A stretch of DNA of 64,000 nt from an uncultured Bacilli bacterium (lineage in GTDB: Bacteria > Bacillota_I > Bacilli_A > RFN20 > CAG-826), in contig CALVSB010000004.1 in NCBI GenBank assembly GCA_944358895.1, positions 21,236 to 85,235 of the forward strand, written 5' to 3'. The position numbers were made by a program, and so were the translations under genes. Shown in pieces: positions 23,687 through 33,537 of the stretch; positions within the stretch are counted from its first letter, which is position 1; every line of letters starts with the position of its first letter. The notes beneath the pieces are model-generated. The model saw only the letters and a program-made list of their open reading frames with translations, did not search any database and was not told the origin of the DNA.

Positions 23687-23811
23687 TTCGATCCTCCTAG
23701 TAAAAAAATACCGATAAAAATTGTAATATCGGTAATCTTCGATTACAACTGAACAAACCGGTAATCTTTGGAGGCAAAATTACCGATATTTTTCGAGGCT
23801 TCAAGCCGCCG

Positions 23812-24744
23812 TCAGGCCCCGAACTTCGCCTCGTCGATCTTAAAGGCTTCGATGAAGGTGGCCGGGAGGGCGATGCGCTCCTCGATCTTCTCAAGGTCTT
23901 TGTCCTCAAGTTCCCTGTCGAAGGGAAGGCGCGAGAAGTCCTCGGTCCCGTCGGAAATCGAGACATAGAACTCCTTTCCGATGAAGGCGATGTCGAAGAG
24001 CCCGGAGAAATGTTTTTCAAGGTCCATGATCTTTTCCATGACGGCCGGGGTCAAGACGTAAAGGGCCCGGGTCGGATCGTCGCTCAGGACGGCGAACTTC
24101 TCGTCGAAGGCGATCGACTCGGTCTGAACGAGGATCAGTTCTCCCGGATCGACGGTCCCGTTTTTCTCCTTCTTCTCAACGATCCGGACGAGGCCGCCGA
24201 GGTCGCGCCCAAGGGCAAAGCGGTAAAAAGTACCCTCGGCATAGGTGACGTAATGGGTCCCGTTTTTGCTCTCTTGCTTCCGTTGAAGGACGTAATGGCC
24301 CTTCTCGAAAGGAATCCCTTCGTAGCGACCGGCCATGTAGAAGCTTCCAAAGTAGCGGGAAGGAACGTCGAAGAAGCCGGCATAGTCGATGACCTGCTCT
24401 GCGATGGCCCGATCGGGATCGTAGACGATGTCCCCGAAAAGAGCCCGGCCCCGCTTCTCCTCAAGGAAGGCAAAGGCTTTCCTTTGGTAAGTCGAGCGAA
24501 AGCCCTTCCCATAACCATAAAAAACGAGAGCAACGGTGAAGGCGGCGGCCAGAGTCATGAAAAGGGCCACCAAAAGGCCGTCGGCGATGTAGTCGAGGCC
24601 GAAGAGGACGAAAACGGCAATGAGGGCGAGGACGCCGAAAAGGCCGATGACGAGGCCGACGTTCTTGAAGATGCTCCCTTTCTTGGCTCCCTTGGCCCGA
24701 AGGGCGGAAAGAGCCTTCTTGTCTTCTTCGCTTATGTAAGCCAT
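23812..24744 (-). CDS. DUF3137-like membrane protein
   Basis: Two N-terminal TMs; ESIAFDEKF...DPTRALYVLTPAVME; downstream of lemA. Confidence 0.75.
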   Translation of the reverse strand: MAYISEEDKKALSALRAKGAKKGSIFKNVGLVIGLFGVLALIAVFVLFGLDYIADGLLVALFMTLAAAFTVALVFYGYGKGFRSTYQRKAFAFLEEKRGRALFGDIVYDPDRAIAEQVIDYAGFFDVPSRYFGSFYMAGRYEGIPFEKGHYVLQRKQESKNGTHYVTYAEGTFYRFALGRDLGGLVRIVEKKEKNGTVDPGELILVQTESIAFDEKFAVLSDDPTRALYVLTPAVMEKIMDLEKHFSGLFDIAFIGKEFYVSISDGTEDFSRLPFDRELEDKDLEKIEERIALPATFIEAFKIDEAKFGA

Positions 24745-24790
24745 TGTTGAGCAAAAAGCGCCCGCAAAAGGCGCTTACTTTCTTTCGAAA

Positions 24791-25363
24791 CTAGAATTTG
24801 ATCTCGACGTCTTCCTTCTTCCGGTCCTCGGCCTCGAAGAAATCGCGCGAGGTTAGATGAAGATGGTGGGCGACGATCGAAGAAGGGAAAACGGCGATCT
24901 CCTGATTGAAGATCGAAACGTTGGAGTTATAGATCCGGCGGGCGCTCTGGAGCTGCTCCTCGACGTCGCTGACCTGGTTCTGGAGGCCGGCGAAGACGGT
25001 GTCGGCCTTGAGGTTCGGATAGTTTTCGGCCACGGCCTGGATCGAGGCGAAGGCCCGGTTCAGGCGGCCTTCGATGGCGCTTTTCTCCTTCATCCCCTCC
25101 TCGGCCTTCGGAGCCCGGAGCCCGGTCGTCTTCATGATCGTCTCGGCTTCGTGCTTAGCGTAGCCCTTCACCACTTCGACCGATTTGCTGAGAAGGTCGT
25201 AGCGCTTGGTCAAAGCCACGTCGATGCCGCTGGCGGCCTCGTCGATCTTCACCGCGTAGCGCTTGAACTTGTTGTTGGTCGCAATCCACCAAATTACGAA
25301 GGCAAGAAGCAGGATGACAACGATGCCTCCGACGATGGAAACGGGAATGATCCAAGCTAGCAT
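24791..25363 (-). CDS. lemA: LemA family protein
   Basis: IDVALTKRYDL, AVAENYPNLKAD, ARRIYNSNV, FPSSIVA; start ATG 25363 after GAGG RBS. Confidence 0.93.
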   Translation of the reverse strand: MLAWIIPVSIVGGIVVILLLAFVIWWIATNNKFKRYAVKIDEAASGIDVALTKRYDLLSKSVEVVKGYAKHEAETIMKTTGLRAPKAEEGMKEKSAIEGRLNRAFASIQAVAENYPNLKADTVFAGLQNQVSDVEEQLQSARRIYNSNVSIFNQEIAVFPSSIVAHHLHLTSRDFFEAEDRKKEDVEIKF

Positions 25364-25400
25364 ATGAGTACCTCTTTCGAGGCTAATCATAGCACAAAAT

Positions 25401-25423
25401 GAAAAAGGCCCCGAAGGGCCTTC
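25401..25423 (-). terminator. Intrinsic terminator of the alpha operon
   Basis: AAGGCCC-TTCG-GGGCCTTTTT on the minus strand. Confidence 0.85.
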
Positions 25424-25438
25424 TGGTTGCTAGGTCGC

Positions 25439-25840
25439 TTAGTCGCTCCAGCGGACGAGGACCAGTTCGGCATTGTCGCCCTTGCGGGCGCCGAGCTTGT
25501 AGGTCTTCGTGTAGCCGCCGACGCGGTCCTTCATCTTGGGGCCGAGCTCCTTGAAGAGCTTGTCGAGGGCACTCACGCCGTTCTTGTCCTTGATGCCGTC
25601 GCGGAGGACGCTGGCGGCATGGCGGCGGCTGGCGAGGGTGTTTTCCTTCGCAAGCGTCACCATCGAGTCGGCGAGGGAGACGAGCTCCGGGGCGACGCCG
25701 CTCGTGACGGTCACTTCGTCATGGACGATGAGCTCGCTCACGACGTTGCGGAGCATCGAATAGTTCTTCGAGGCGGTATAGGCGGCCTTGAAGCGGACGC
25801 CGGTCTTGCCGTGGACGTTTTTTCTACCTTGTGATGCCAT
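25439..25840 (-). CDS. rplQ: 50S ribosomal protein L17 (divergent)
   Basis: DRVGGYTK...RKGDNAELV; after rpoA. Confidence 0.93.
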   Translation of the reverse strand: MASQGRKNVHGKTGVRFKAAYTASKNYSMLRNVVSELIVHDEVTVTSGVAPELVSLADSMVTLAKENTLASRRHAASVLRDGIKDKNGVSALDKLFKELGPKMKDRVGGYTKTYKLGARKGDNAELVLVRWSD

Positions 25841-25843
25841 AAG

Positions 25844-26845
25844 TTATTCTCCTACGTAATCGCGGAAGTGGAGGCCGATCGAAGCAAGCTTCTCCTTGAC
25901 CTCCTTGAGCGACTTCTTGCCGAGGTTGCGGACCTTCATCATCTCGTCTTCGCTCTTCTGGATGAGCTCCATGACGGTGGAGATGCCAGCCCGCTTGAGG
26001 CAGTTGTTGGCCCGGACGCTGAGGTCGAGTTCCTCGATCATCATGTCCTGGTACTTGTTCTCTTCGTTGTGCTTCTCTTCCTTCACGAGGCGGAGGTTCT
26101 TGACCTCTTCCTTGAGGTTGAGGAAGCGCTCGAAGTGCTCGACGAGGATGTGAGCCGCCATGGCCACCGCCTCTTCCGGGGCGATGGAGCCATTGGTCGT
26201 GACCTCGAGAGTGAGCTTGTCGAACTTGTTGTCGCTGTCGACGCGGGTCGGCTCGACTTGGTAAGCGCACTTCTTGACCGGGCTGTAGTTGCTGTCGGTC
26301 ACGATGGTCCCGATGCGGCTGATCTTCTTCTGGGCCTTGTTGATGTCGCTGGTGACGTATCCGCGGCCGCGGGCCACGTAGATCGTCATCTTGAGCTCGG
26401 CGCCCTCCGCGAGGTGGGCGATTTCGAGCTCGGGGTTCACGACCGTCACGAGGGAAGGAAGGTCGAGATCGCCGGCGCGGAGGACCATCGGTCCCTTGAC
26501 GTCGACGTTGATGACTTTCGTCTCCGACTTGTCGTCGTCGACCCGGAGAACGAGGTCCTTCAGGTTGAGGACGATTTCGGTGACGTCTTCCTCAACGCCC
26601 TTGATGGCGCTGAATTCGTGACGAACGCCTTCGATGTCGAGGGCGTAGACGCTAGCGCCGGGAAGGGCGCTCAGTAAGACGCGGCGGAGGGCATTGCCGA
26701 TGGTGATTCCGAAACCCCGTTCGAGCGGGGCGACGACGAATTTGCCATAGTGCGCCACCGGGTCGCTGGCTTCTTCTTCAACGGTGAAGGGAAGGAAGGC
26801 TCCGGGGATGACGCTCTCGACGGTTTTAGTATCGTTAATAGGCAT
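25844..26845 (-). CDS. rpoA: RNA polymerase alpha subunit
   Basis: PLERGFGITIGNALRRVLLS and LSVRANNCLKRAGI. Confidence 0.99.
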   Translation of the reverse strand: MPINDTKTVESVIPGAFLPFTVEEEASDPVAHYGKFVVAPLERGFGITIGNALRRVLLSALPGASVYALDIEGVRHEFSAIKGVEEDVTEIVLNLKDLVLRVDDDKSETKVINVDVKGPMVLRAGDLDLPSLVTVVNPELEIAHLAEGAELKMTIYVARGRGYVTSDINKAQKKISRIGTIVTDSNYSPVKKCAYQVEPTRVDSDNKFDKLTLEVTTNGSIAPEEAVAMAAHILVEHFERFLNLKEEVKNLRLVKEEKHNEENKYQDMMIEELDLSVRANNCLKRAGISTVMELIQKSEDEMMKVRNLGKKSLKEVKEKLASIGLHFRDYVGE

Positions 26846-26868
26846 TTGCTATCCTCCTTGCTCGTCTA

Positions 26869-27279
26869 TTAGCCGCGGGTCCGCTTGGGCGGACGGCAGC
26901 CGTTATGGGGAACCGGGGTGGTATCCGAGATGGAGAGAACCTGGAGTCCGGCGGCGCCGAGAGCGCGGACGGCGCTTTCGCGGCCGGGGCCCGGGCCCTT
27001 GACGTTCACGTCAAGCTGCCGGATGCCTTGCTCGAAGGCGCTCTTGGCCGCGGCTTCGCTCGCGAGCTGCGCGGCGAAGGGGGTCGACTTCTTGCTGCCC
27101 TTGTAGCCGAGGGCGCCGGCGCTCGACCAGGCAATGACGTTGCCGGCCGGGTCGGTGATCGTGACGATGGTGTTGTTGAAGGTCGAATGGATGTGGGCGA
27201 TGCCCCGCGTGAAGTTTCTCTTGACCTTCTTCTTCCGCGCGGTGGTCGACTTCTTGCCCTTTTTCTTGGTATCTGCCAT
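26869..27279 (-). CDS. rpsK: 30S ribosomal protein S11
   Basis: [12 protein letters not shown] and PHNGCRPPK. Confidence 0.98.
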   Translation of the reverse strand: MADTKKKGKKSTTARKKKVKRNFTRGIAHIHSTFNNTIVTITDPAGNVIAWSSAGALGYKGSKKSTPFAAQLASEAAAKSAFEQGIRQLDVNVKGPGPGRESAVRALGAAGLQVLSISDTTPVPHNGCRPPKRTRG

Positions 27280-27296
27280 ATCAGTTGACTCCTAAG

Positions 27297-27671
27297 TTAG
27301 CGGGTGGCCTCTTTCTTGTTGGCGATGGTCTTCCGCTTGCCTTTCCTCGTCCGGGCGTTGGTCTTCGTCCGTTGGCCGCGGACCGGGAGGCCCTTGCGGT
27401 GGCGGATGCCACGGTAGCAGCCGATTTCCTGGAGCCGCTTGATGTTCATCGCGACTTCGCGGCGGAGGTCGCCTTCGGTCTTGAGCTTGGCGACCTCGGC
27501 GCGGATGGCGCCGAGCTGTTCGTCGGTCAGGTTCTTGACGCGGATGTCCTCGCTAACCTTGGCGGCGGCGAGGATCTTCTTGGCGGTCGAGTCCCCGATG
27601 CCGTAGATGTAGGTAAGGGAGACGACGACGCGCTTCTCGTTGGGGATGTCGACCCCGACAATACGTGCCAT
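27297..27671 (-). CDS. rpsM: 30S ribosomal protein S13
   Basis: [18 protein letters not shown]. Confidence 0.99.
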   Translation of the reverse strand: MARIVGVDIPNEKRVVVSLTYIYGIGDSTAKKILAAAKVSEDIRVKNLTDEQLGAIRAEVAKLKTEGDLRREVAMNIKRLQEIGCYRGIRHRKGLPVRGQRTKTNARTRKGKRKTIANKKEATR

Positions 27672-27692
27672 AAATTCTTATTTACTCCTTAA

Positions 27693-27806
27693 TTAGCCCT
27701 GCCGCTGCTTGTGCTTGGGGTTGGGGCAAATGCACATGACGACCCCGTGGCGGCGGATGATCTTGCACTTATCGCAGATGGGTTTGACGCTAGGTCTGAC
27801 TTTCAT
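27693..27806 (-). CDS. rpmJ: 50S ribosomal protein L36
   Basis: Manual translation [37 protein letters not shown]. Confidence 0.97.
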   Translation of the reverse strand: MKVRPSVKPICDKCKIIRRHGVVMCICPNPKHKQRQG

Positions 27807-27825
27807 AGTTTTTCCTTCCTTCCGG

Positions 27826-28047
27826 CTAGTTTTTGTACCGGAACGTGATGCGCCCGCGTGTTAAGTCATAAGGCGAGAACTGGACGGTAACCCGATCGCC
27901 GGGAAGAATGCGGATGTAATGCATCCGGATTTTGCCCGAAACGCAGGCTAGGACTACCGCGCCGTTGGATAGTTTCACCTTGAACATGGCGTTGGGGAGG
28001 TTCTCCAACACCGTCGCTTCGACTTCGATGCAGTCTTCTTTGCTCAA
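27826..28047 (-). CDS. infA: Translation initiation factor IF-1
   Basis: [17 protein letters not shown]; TTG start. Confidence 0.97.
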   Translation of the reverse strand: MSKEDCIEVEATVLENLPNAMFKVKLSNGAVVLACVSGKIRMHYIRILPGDRVTVQFSPYDLTRGRITFRYKN

Positions 28048-28808
28048 GAGCCTTCTCCTTCCTGCCGAGTTAGGATCTCGGCGCCCGTAGAGGTGATGGC
28101 CACCGTGTTTTCGTAGTGGGCGGCATACCGATGGTCGCGGGTGACGGCCGTCCAGCCGTCGGGAAGAACCCGGAGGCTGTTTTTCCCTTCCATCACCATC
28201 GGCTCGATGGCGAGGGTCATCCCTTCCTTCAGGATCGGCCCGGTGCCGGGACGCCCGTAGTTGGGGATGTAGGGATCTTCGTGCATCTCGCGCCCGATGC
28301 CGTGGCCGGTGTACTCGCGGGGCACGCTATAGCCGCAGCTATGCGCATGCTCCTCGATGGCGTGGCACACGTCGCCGAGGTGGATGCCCGGACGGAGCAT
28401 CTTATAGGCGATCTCGAAGCACTCCTGCGTCTCCCTAATGAGACGGAGGTGCTCCTCCTTCACGATCCCGACCGGATAAGTCCGGCAGGCATCGGCCATG
28501 TAGCCGTGCTTTTGGGCCACGAGGTCGACGGAGACGATGTCGCCGTCATGAAGGACCTTCTTGCTTGAAGGAATGCCGTGGACGAGAACTTCGTTGACCG
28601 AGACGCAAGCCGAGCCGGGGAAGCCGCCATAGCCTTTTTCGGCATTGATGGCACCCATTTCGGCCATGGTCTTGTCCACGAGATCGGCGATCTCGAGGGT
28701 CGAGACGCCGGGCTTTATGAAGTCCTCGAGGCGGGCGAAGCACTCGATGAGCACCTTACCCGCCTCTTTCATGAGGCCGATTTCGGCCTTTGATTTGAGG
28801 ACGATCAT
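28044..28808 (-). CDS. map: Methionine aminopeptidase type I
   Basis: [28 protein letters not shown]. Confidence 0.97.
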   Translation of the reverse strand: MIVLKSKAEIGLMKEAGKVLIECFARLEDFIKPGVSTLEIADLVDKTMAEMGAINAEKGYGGFPGSACVSVNEVLVHGIPSSKKVLHDGDIVSVDLVAQKHGYMADACRTYPVGIVKEEHLRLIRETQECFEIAYKMLRPGIHLGDVCHAIEEHAHSCGYSVPREYTGHGIGREMHEDPYIPNYGRPGTGPILKEGMTLAIEPMVMEGKNSLRVLPDGWTAVTRDHRYAAHYENTVAITSTGAEILTRQEGEGS

Positions 28809-29455
28809 TTGTTGCCTAGGAGGGCGAGCAGCTCCGACTGCATGTTCAGGAGGGAGAGGGTCCCGTCGAAGCTATGGAGAAGCCCTTCCTTCTTGTAGTA
28901 ATCAAGGAGCGGCTCGGTGGACTTGAAGTAGTTCTCGAGACGGACCTTGAAGGAGTCGACGTTGTCGTCTTTCCGTTGGATGAGAGGAGTCCCGCAGTAG
29001 TCGCAGATCCCTTCCTTCTTCGGCTTCATGGTGTTGACGTTGAAGGAAGCGCCGCACTTCGGGCAAACCCGCCGCCCGGCGATCCGGGAGACGAGCACCT
29101 CGCTCGGGCACTCGATGTCGATCACGAGGTTGACCTCGCGGCCGATTTCGGGCCCGAACTTCTTGAGGGCCTCAGCCTGCGGAATGGTCCGCGGGAAGCC
29201 ATCGAGGAGGTAGCCATTGGCGCAGTCGGGGCGCGAGAGGCGCTCCTTGACCAGCTCGCAGGTGAGCTCGTCGCTCACAAGGCCACCGCCGTTGACGATG
29301 TCCTTGATCTTGTTGCCGAGCTCGGAACCGGAAGCCATCGCTTCGCGGAACATGTCGCCGGTCGAGATGTGCGGGAGCTTGTATTCGGTCGCGATCCACT
29401 TGGCGTGGGTTCCCTTCCCCGCTCCCGGCGGGCCCATGAGGATGATGTTGAGCAT
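28805..29455 (-). CDS. adk: Adenylate kinase
   Basis: GPPGAGKGT, LDGFPRT, Zn-LID CxxC motifs. Confidence 0.98.
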   Translation of the reverse strand: MLNIILMGPPGAGKGTHAKWIATEYKLPHISTGDMFREAMASGSELGNKIKDIVNGGGLVSDELTCELVKERLSRPDCANGYLLDGFPRTIPQAEALKKFGPEIGREVNLVIDIECPSEVLVSRIAGRRVCPKCGASFNVNTMKPKKEGICDYCGTPLIQRKDDNVDSFKVRLENYFKSTEPLLDYYKKEGLLHSFDGTLSLLNMQSELLALLGNK

Positions 29456-30813
29456 TAGATTCCCTCCCTCGCTTCTTCGAAGCTCTTGCCGGCAAGGAGG
29501 CCGTCGATCTGCGAATTCAGCTCGAGAGCCACGCCGACGATGATGATGAGGCCGGTGCCGCCGATGGCGAGAGACGCGTCTCCGTCAAAGGCGTTGGCCC
29601 AGACGAGGACCACCGGCAGGGCCGCGATGAAGCAAAGCGCCGCCGCCCCGATGAAGGTGATCCGGTTGAGGACCTTGCCAACGTAGCGTTCCGTCTCCTT
29701 GCCCGGGCGGATGCCAGGGATATAGGAGCCGTTCTTCTGGAAGTTGTCCGCCAGGTTGGCCGGGTCGATCGTCATCTGCGAGTAGAAGAAGGTGAAGGCA
29801 ATGATGAGGGCGAGATAGATGAAGAGCCCCCAGTTCATTTCCCAGGTCGAGCCGTCGAACCACGGCATGGCCATCGTCTGGTTGTAATTGAAGACGGTGA
29901 GCCAGCTGGCGCTAGCGGCCTCCGACGAGATGAAGCTCGCGATGATGGCCGGCGCCGACATGATCGAAGCGGCGAAGATGACCGGGATGACCCCAGCCGA
30001 GTTGACCTTGATCGGGAGGAAGCTGGCCCGCGCCATCGGAGCGGTCGAACCGCCCTTTCCGGCATGCTGGACCGGGATCTTCCGCCTGGCCAACTCGATG
30101 AAGACGACGAAGCCGACGATGAAGACCATCGCGATGATGTAGAGGGCGAACATGAAGCCGCCCTGGATCATCTCGCTCGAGCCATATTGGACCCGATCGG
30201 TGATCCACTTCGTCCAAGCCGTCGAGATCTGGGTCGGAAGCGAGCGCACGCAGCCGGCGAAGATGATGACCGAGATGCCGTTCCCAAGGCCTTTTTCGGT
30301 AATCTGGTCGCCGAGCCACATGGCCAGCATCGCCCCGGCGAGGAGGACGGTGACGATATAGGCATACGTCCAGAAGTCGGGGTTCAGATTGAGGTTGATG
30401 TAGTCGCTGTTCTCCATCGTCCGGATGATGCCGTAGCCCTGCACCGCACCCAGTAGAAGGGTGAGGTAACGGGTCGCCATCTCGATTTTCTTCCGCCCGT
30501 ACTCGCCTTGCTTCGATAGCTGGGTGAGGGCCGGAAGGACGTCTTTGGAGAGTAGCTGGATAATGATCTGCGCCGTGATGTAGGGGGAAACCCCAAGGGC
30601 GAAGACCGAGAAGTTGCTGAGGGCACCGCCACCCAGTAGGTTCATGATGGCGAGGGAGTTCCCACTGCTTAAGGCATCGTCCAACTCCGAGGTGACGCTG
30701 ACGCCGGGGACCGTAATGGCCGCCCCGATCCGGATGATGAAGAGAATCATGATCGTAAAGAAGATACGATTCACGATTTCTTTGTTTTTGAAGATCGAGA
30801 CGAACTTTTTCAT
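29455..30813 (-). CDS. secY: Preprotein translocase SecY
   Basis: ALGVSPYITAQII, GLGNGISV, IPGIRPG. Confidence 0.98.
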   Translation of the reverse strand: MKKFVSIFKNKEIVNRIFFTIMILFIIRIGAAITVPGVSVTSELDDALSSGNSLAIMNLLGGGALSNFSVFALGVSPYITAQIIIQLLSKDVLPALTQLSKQGEYGRKKIEMATRYLTLLLGAVQGYGIIRTMENSDYINLNLNPDFWTYAYIVTVLLAGAMLAMWLGDQITEKGLGNGISVIIFAGCVRSLPTQISTAWTKWITDRVQYGSSEMIQGGFMFALYIIAMVFIVGFVVFIELARRKIPVQHAGKGGSTAPMARASFLPIKVNSAGVIPVIFAASIMSAPAIIASFISSEAASASWLTVFNYNQTMAMPWFDGSTWEMNWGLFIYLALIIAFTFFYSQMTIDPANLADNFQKNGSYIPGIRPGKETERYVGKVLNRITFIGAAALCFIAALPVVLVWANAFDGDASLAIGGTGLIIIVGVALELNSQIDGLLAGKSFEEAREGI

Positions 30814-31265
30814 TACTTCTTGGCCTCAAAGGTGCCGCCGGCCGCCTCGATGGCAGCCTTCGCGGACTTGGAGCAAGCGCTAACCTTCACCGTAAGCTTC
30901 TTGGTGAGGGGCTCTTTGCCCTTAGCGAGGATTTTAATCCCATCTTCGGGCTTTTTCACGATGGAGCTCTCAATGAGAAGCTCCTCAGTGATCTCGGTTC
31001 CGTCTTCGAAACGGTTGAGAACGCTGAGGTCGACGGTCGCGAAGTGCTTGCCGCCGAGGTTCTTGAAGCCAAACTTCGGGAGGCGCCGAGCGAGCGGCAT
31101 CTGGCCGCCTTCGAAGCCCCTCTTCTTGGTGTGGGCGTGGGCACCCTGGCCTTTTTGGCCCTTGCCCGCCGTCTTGCCGTTGCCGGTGCCGAGGCCCTGG
31201 CCCTTACGCCACTTCTTGGTCTTGGCTCCTTTGACGACCTTGAGATCGCTAAGCGAGGTGATCAT
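30813..31265 (-). CDS. rplO: 50S ribosomal protein L15
   Basis: GFEGGQMPLARRLPKFGF. Confidence 0.97.
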   Translation of the reverse strand: MITSLSDLKVVKGAKTKKWRKGQGLGTGNGKTAGKGQKGQGAHAHTKKRGFEGGQMPLARRLPKFGFKNLGGKHFATVDLSVLNRFEDGTEITEELLIESSIVKKPEDGIKILAKGKEPLTKKLTVKVSACSKSAKAAIEAAGGTFEAKK

Positions 31266-31966
31266 TCAGCTTTGCCTCCTTTGGCTTCGGGAGCCGCCGG
31301 TTTGACCTCTTCCGGGGTCTTGAGACCGCGGAGGACCATCACCCTGTTGTACTCCTTGAGCTTCTGAAGCCCGTCATGGGTGGCGCGAACCACGTTGATC
31401 GGGCAGCGCGAGCCGTAGACTTTGCTCACGATGTTGCGGATGCCGGCGAGTTCGAGGACAGCCCGGACCGGGCCGCCGGCGATGATGCCGGTGCCGGCCG
31501 GAGCCGGCTTGAGGACGACTTTCGTCTTCCCGAATTTGCCGCTGACTTCATGGGCGATCGTCCCGCCCTTGGCCACGTGGATCTTGTAGAGATGCTTCTT
31601 GGCCTGGGCAAGGCTCTTCTTGATGGCATCGGGGACTTCGCCGCTCTTGGCCATGGCGAAGGAATACCTTCCCTTGCCGTCGCCGACGACGACGAGAGCG
31701 TCGAAGCGCATGTGCTTGCCGCCCTTTTCGGTCCGGGATACCCGGTTGATGTCGACGACGCGGTCCTGATATTCGTCCTCGTCGCGACGGTAGCCGCCGC
31801 GTCCGCCGCGGCGTTCGCCCGGACGGCCGCGCCGATCCCCGAACTTGCGGGAACCGGGGCGCTCGCTACGGACGGAGCCGTGGGGCTCGTAGACCGGGTT
31901 GCCGGTCGGGCGGGCCTTTTCTTCGGTCTTGGCCGCCGGAGCAGCCTCTTTTTTCGTTTCTTCCAT
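31262..31966 (-). CDS. rpsE: 30S ribosomal protein S5 with N-terminal extension
   Basis: PAPAGTGIIAGGPVRAVLELAG; start ATG 31966 after AGGAG RBS. Confidence 0.97.
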   Translation of the reverse strand: MEETKKEAAPAAKTEEKARPTGNPVYEPHGSVRSERPGSRKFGDRRGRPGERRGGRGGYRRDEDEYQDRVVDINRVSRTEKGGKHMRFDALVVVGDGKGRYSFAMAKSGEVPDAIKKSLAQAKKHLYKIHVAKGGTIAHEVSGKFGKTKVVLKPAPAGTGIIAGGPVRAVLELAGIRNIVSKVYGSRCPINVVRATHDGLQKLKEYNRVMVLRGLKTPEEVKPAAPEAKGGKAE

Positions 31967-31976
31967 GTCTGTCTCC

Positions 31977-32333
31977 TTAGAAGCGGAGCCCGCCTTCCCG
32001 GGCCGCGTCGGCGAGGGCCTTGACCCGGCCGTGGTAGGTGTAGCCGCCGCGGTCGAAGACAACTTCCTCGATCTTGGCAGCCTTGGCCTTCTCAGCTAGG
32101 ACCGAGCCGACCTTGGCAGCCGCCTCGACATTCCCGCCATTGGCGAGATGAAGCTGGGTGGAAGAGGCGCTCACGAGGGTGACGCCCTTCGTGTCATCGA
32201 TGATTTGGGCTTCGATGTGCTTGTTGGAGCGATAGACGCAGAGCCGCGGGCGAAGCGAAGTGCCCTTGACTTTCTCCCGAACGCGCTCATGGCGACGCTC
32301 GCGGACGAGATTGCGCGATACTTTCTCGATCAT
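31977..32333 (-). CDS. rplR: 50S ribosomal protein L18
   Basis: [23 protein letters not shown]. Confidence 0.98.
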   Translation of the reverse strand: MIEKVSRNLVRERRHERVREKVKGTSLRPRLCVYRSNKHIEAQIIDDTKGVTLVSASSTQLHLANGGNVEAAAKVGSVLAEKAKAAKIEEVVFDRGGYTYHGRVKALADAAREGGLRF

Positions 32334-32344
32334 AGGCTACCTCC

Positions 32345-32911
32345 TTACTTCTTGCCGCCGGCCGCCGCGCGCTTGCCGACTTTCTTGATGAGCTTCTGGC
32401 CTTTGTAGTGGACGCCCTTGTTGCCGTAGACGTCCGGCCGATGCTTGTCGTAGATGGTCGCGGCCGTCTGGCCGACTTCCTGCCGGTCGACGCCTTCGAC
32501 GACGATATGGGTCTCATCGGGGCAAGTGATCTTGGTGTACTTGCCGATGGCCTTGACGGTGACTTGGTGCGAGTAGCCAAGGAACATCGTGAGGGTGTCG
32601 CCCTTCATCGAGCAGCGATAACCGGTACCTGCGACCTCGAGCTCCTTCTTCCAGCCCTCCGAGACGCCGACCACGGCATTGTGGAGGATGGCCGCGGTCG
32701 TGCCGTGGTTCTCCGAGCCCTGGATCGCGTCTTCTTCGGCTTCGAGGATCGGTTCGACGTGGGCGACCTTGTCCTCGAGGATGATCTTGACGTCCGAAGG
32801 AAGGTGGATTTCGACCTCGCCCTTCGGCCCTTTGATGAGAGCGCTATGCTCCTTCACCTCGATGCTGACGCCTTCGGGGAGATGAATCGGACGCTTGCCA
32901 ATACGTGACAT
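32345..32911 (-). CDS. rplF: 50S ribosomal protein L6
   Basis: MSRIGKRPI and PDVYGNKGVHY. Confidence 0.96.
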   Translation of the reverse strand: MSRIGKRPIHLPEGVSIEVKEHSALIKGPKGEVEIHLPSDVKIILEDKVAHVEPILEAEEDAIQGSENHGTTAAILHNAVVGVSEGWKKELEVAGTGYRCSMKGDTLTMFLGYSHQVTVKAIGKYTKITCPDETHIVVEGVDRQEVGQTAATIYDKHRPDVYGNKGVHYKGQKLIKKVGKRAAAGGKK

Positions 32912-32925
32912 GCCTGATTTCCTCC

Positions 32926-33321
32926 TTACCAGACGTAGCAGAGGACTTCGCCGCCGACGTTGGCCTTGCGGGCCTCGCTATCGGTGAGGATTCCTTTGCT
33001 CGTCGAGACGATGGCGATGCCAAGGCCCTTGAGGACGCGCGGAAGCTTCGCAGCTTCGACGGTGACCCGGAGGCCCGGCTTCGAGATGCGCTTCATGCCA
33101 GTGATGACGCGCTCCCCGTTCTCGCCGTACTTGAGATTGATGATGAGGGTTTTCTTGGCCCCTTCCCCTTCCGAGAGGAAGGAGAGGATGTAGCCCTGGT
33201 CCTTGAGGATTTTGGCAATCGAGGCCTTCATCTTCGAGTAGGGCATGGAGACAGACTCGCGGCGCAGCGCATTGGCGTTGTTGATGCGAACGAGCATGTC
33301 AGCGATCGGATCGTTAATCAT
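32926..33321 (-). CDS. rpsH: 30S ribosomal protein S8
   Basis: [24 protein letters not shown]. Confidence 0.98.
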   Translation of the reverse strand: MINDPIADMLVRINNANALRRESVSMPYSKMKASIAKILKDQGYILSFLSEGEGAKKTLIINLKYGENGERVITGMKRISKPGLRVTVEAAKLPRVLKGLGIAIVSTSKGILTDSEARKANVGGEVLCYVW

Positions 33322-33340
33322 GTTTCTGTGTCTCCTTTCC

Positions 33341-33526
33341 TTACCAAGAGGCTTTCTTCATGCCCGGGATTTCGCCCTTGTAGGCGAGTTCCCGGAGGCA
33401 AATCCGGCAAAGCCCGAACTTCCGGATGACCCCGTGGGGCCGCCCGCAGCGGCTGCACCGGGTATATTCGCGGGTCGAGAACTTCGGCTTCCGCGCGGCT
33501 TTGATCTTAAGCGATTTCTTAGCCAT
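33341..33526 (-). CDS. rpsZ: 30S ribosomal protein S14 (Zn-binding type Z)
   Basis: 61 aa, RCSRCGR...LCRICLRE. Confidence 0.97.
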   Translation of the reverse strand: MAKKSLKIKAARKPKFSTREYTRCSRCGRPHGVIRKFGLCRICLRELAYKGEIPGMKKASW

Positions 33527-33537
33527 GTCTTGTCTCC

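Noticed and set aside
26846-26868. Absence of rpsD between rpsK and rpoA
   Set aside because: Normal for Bacilli, where rpsD lies elsewhere
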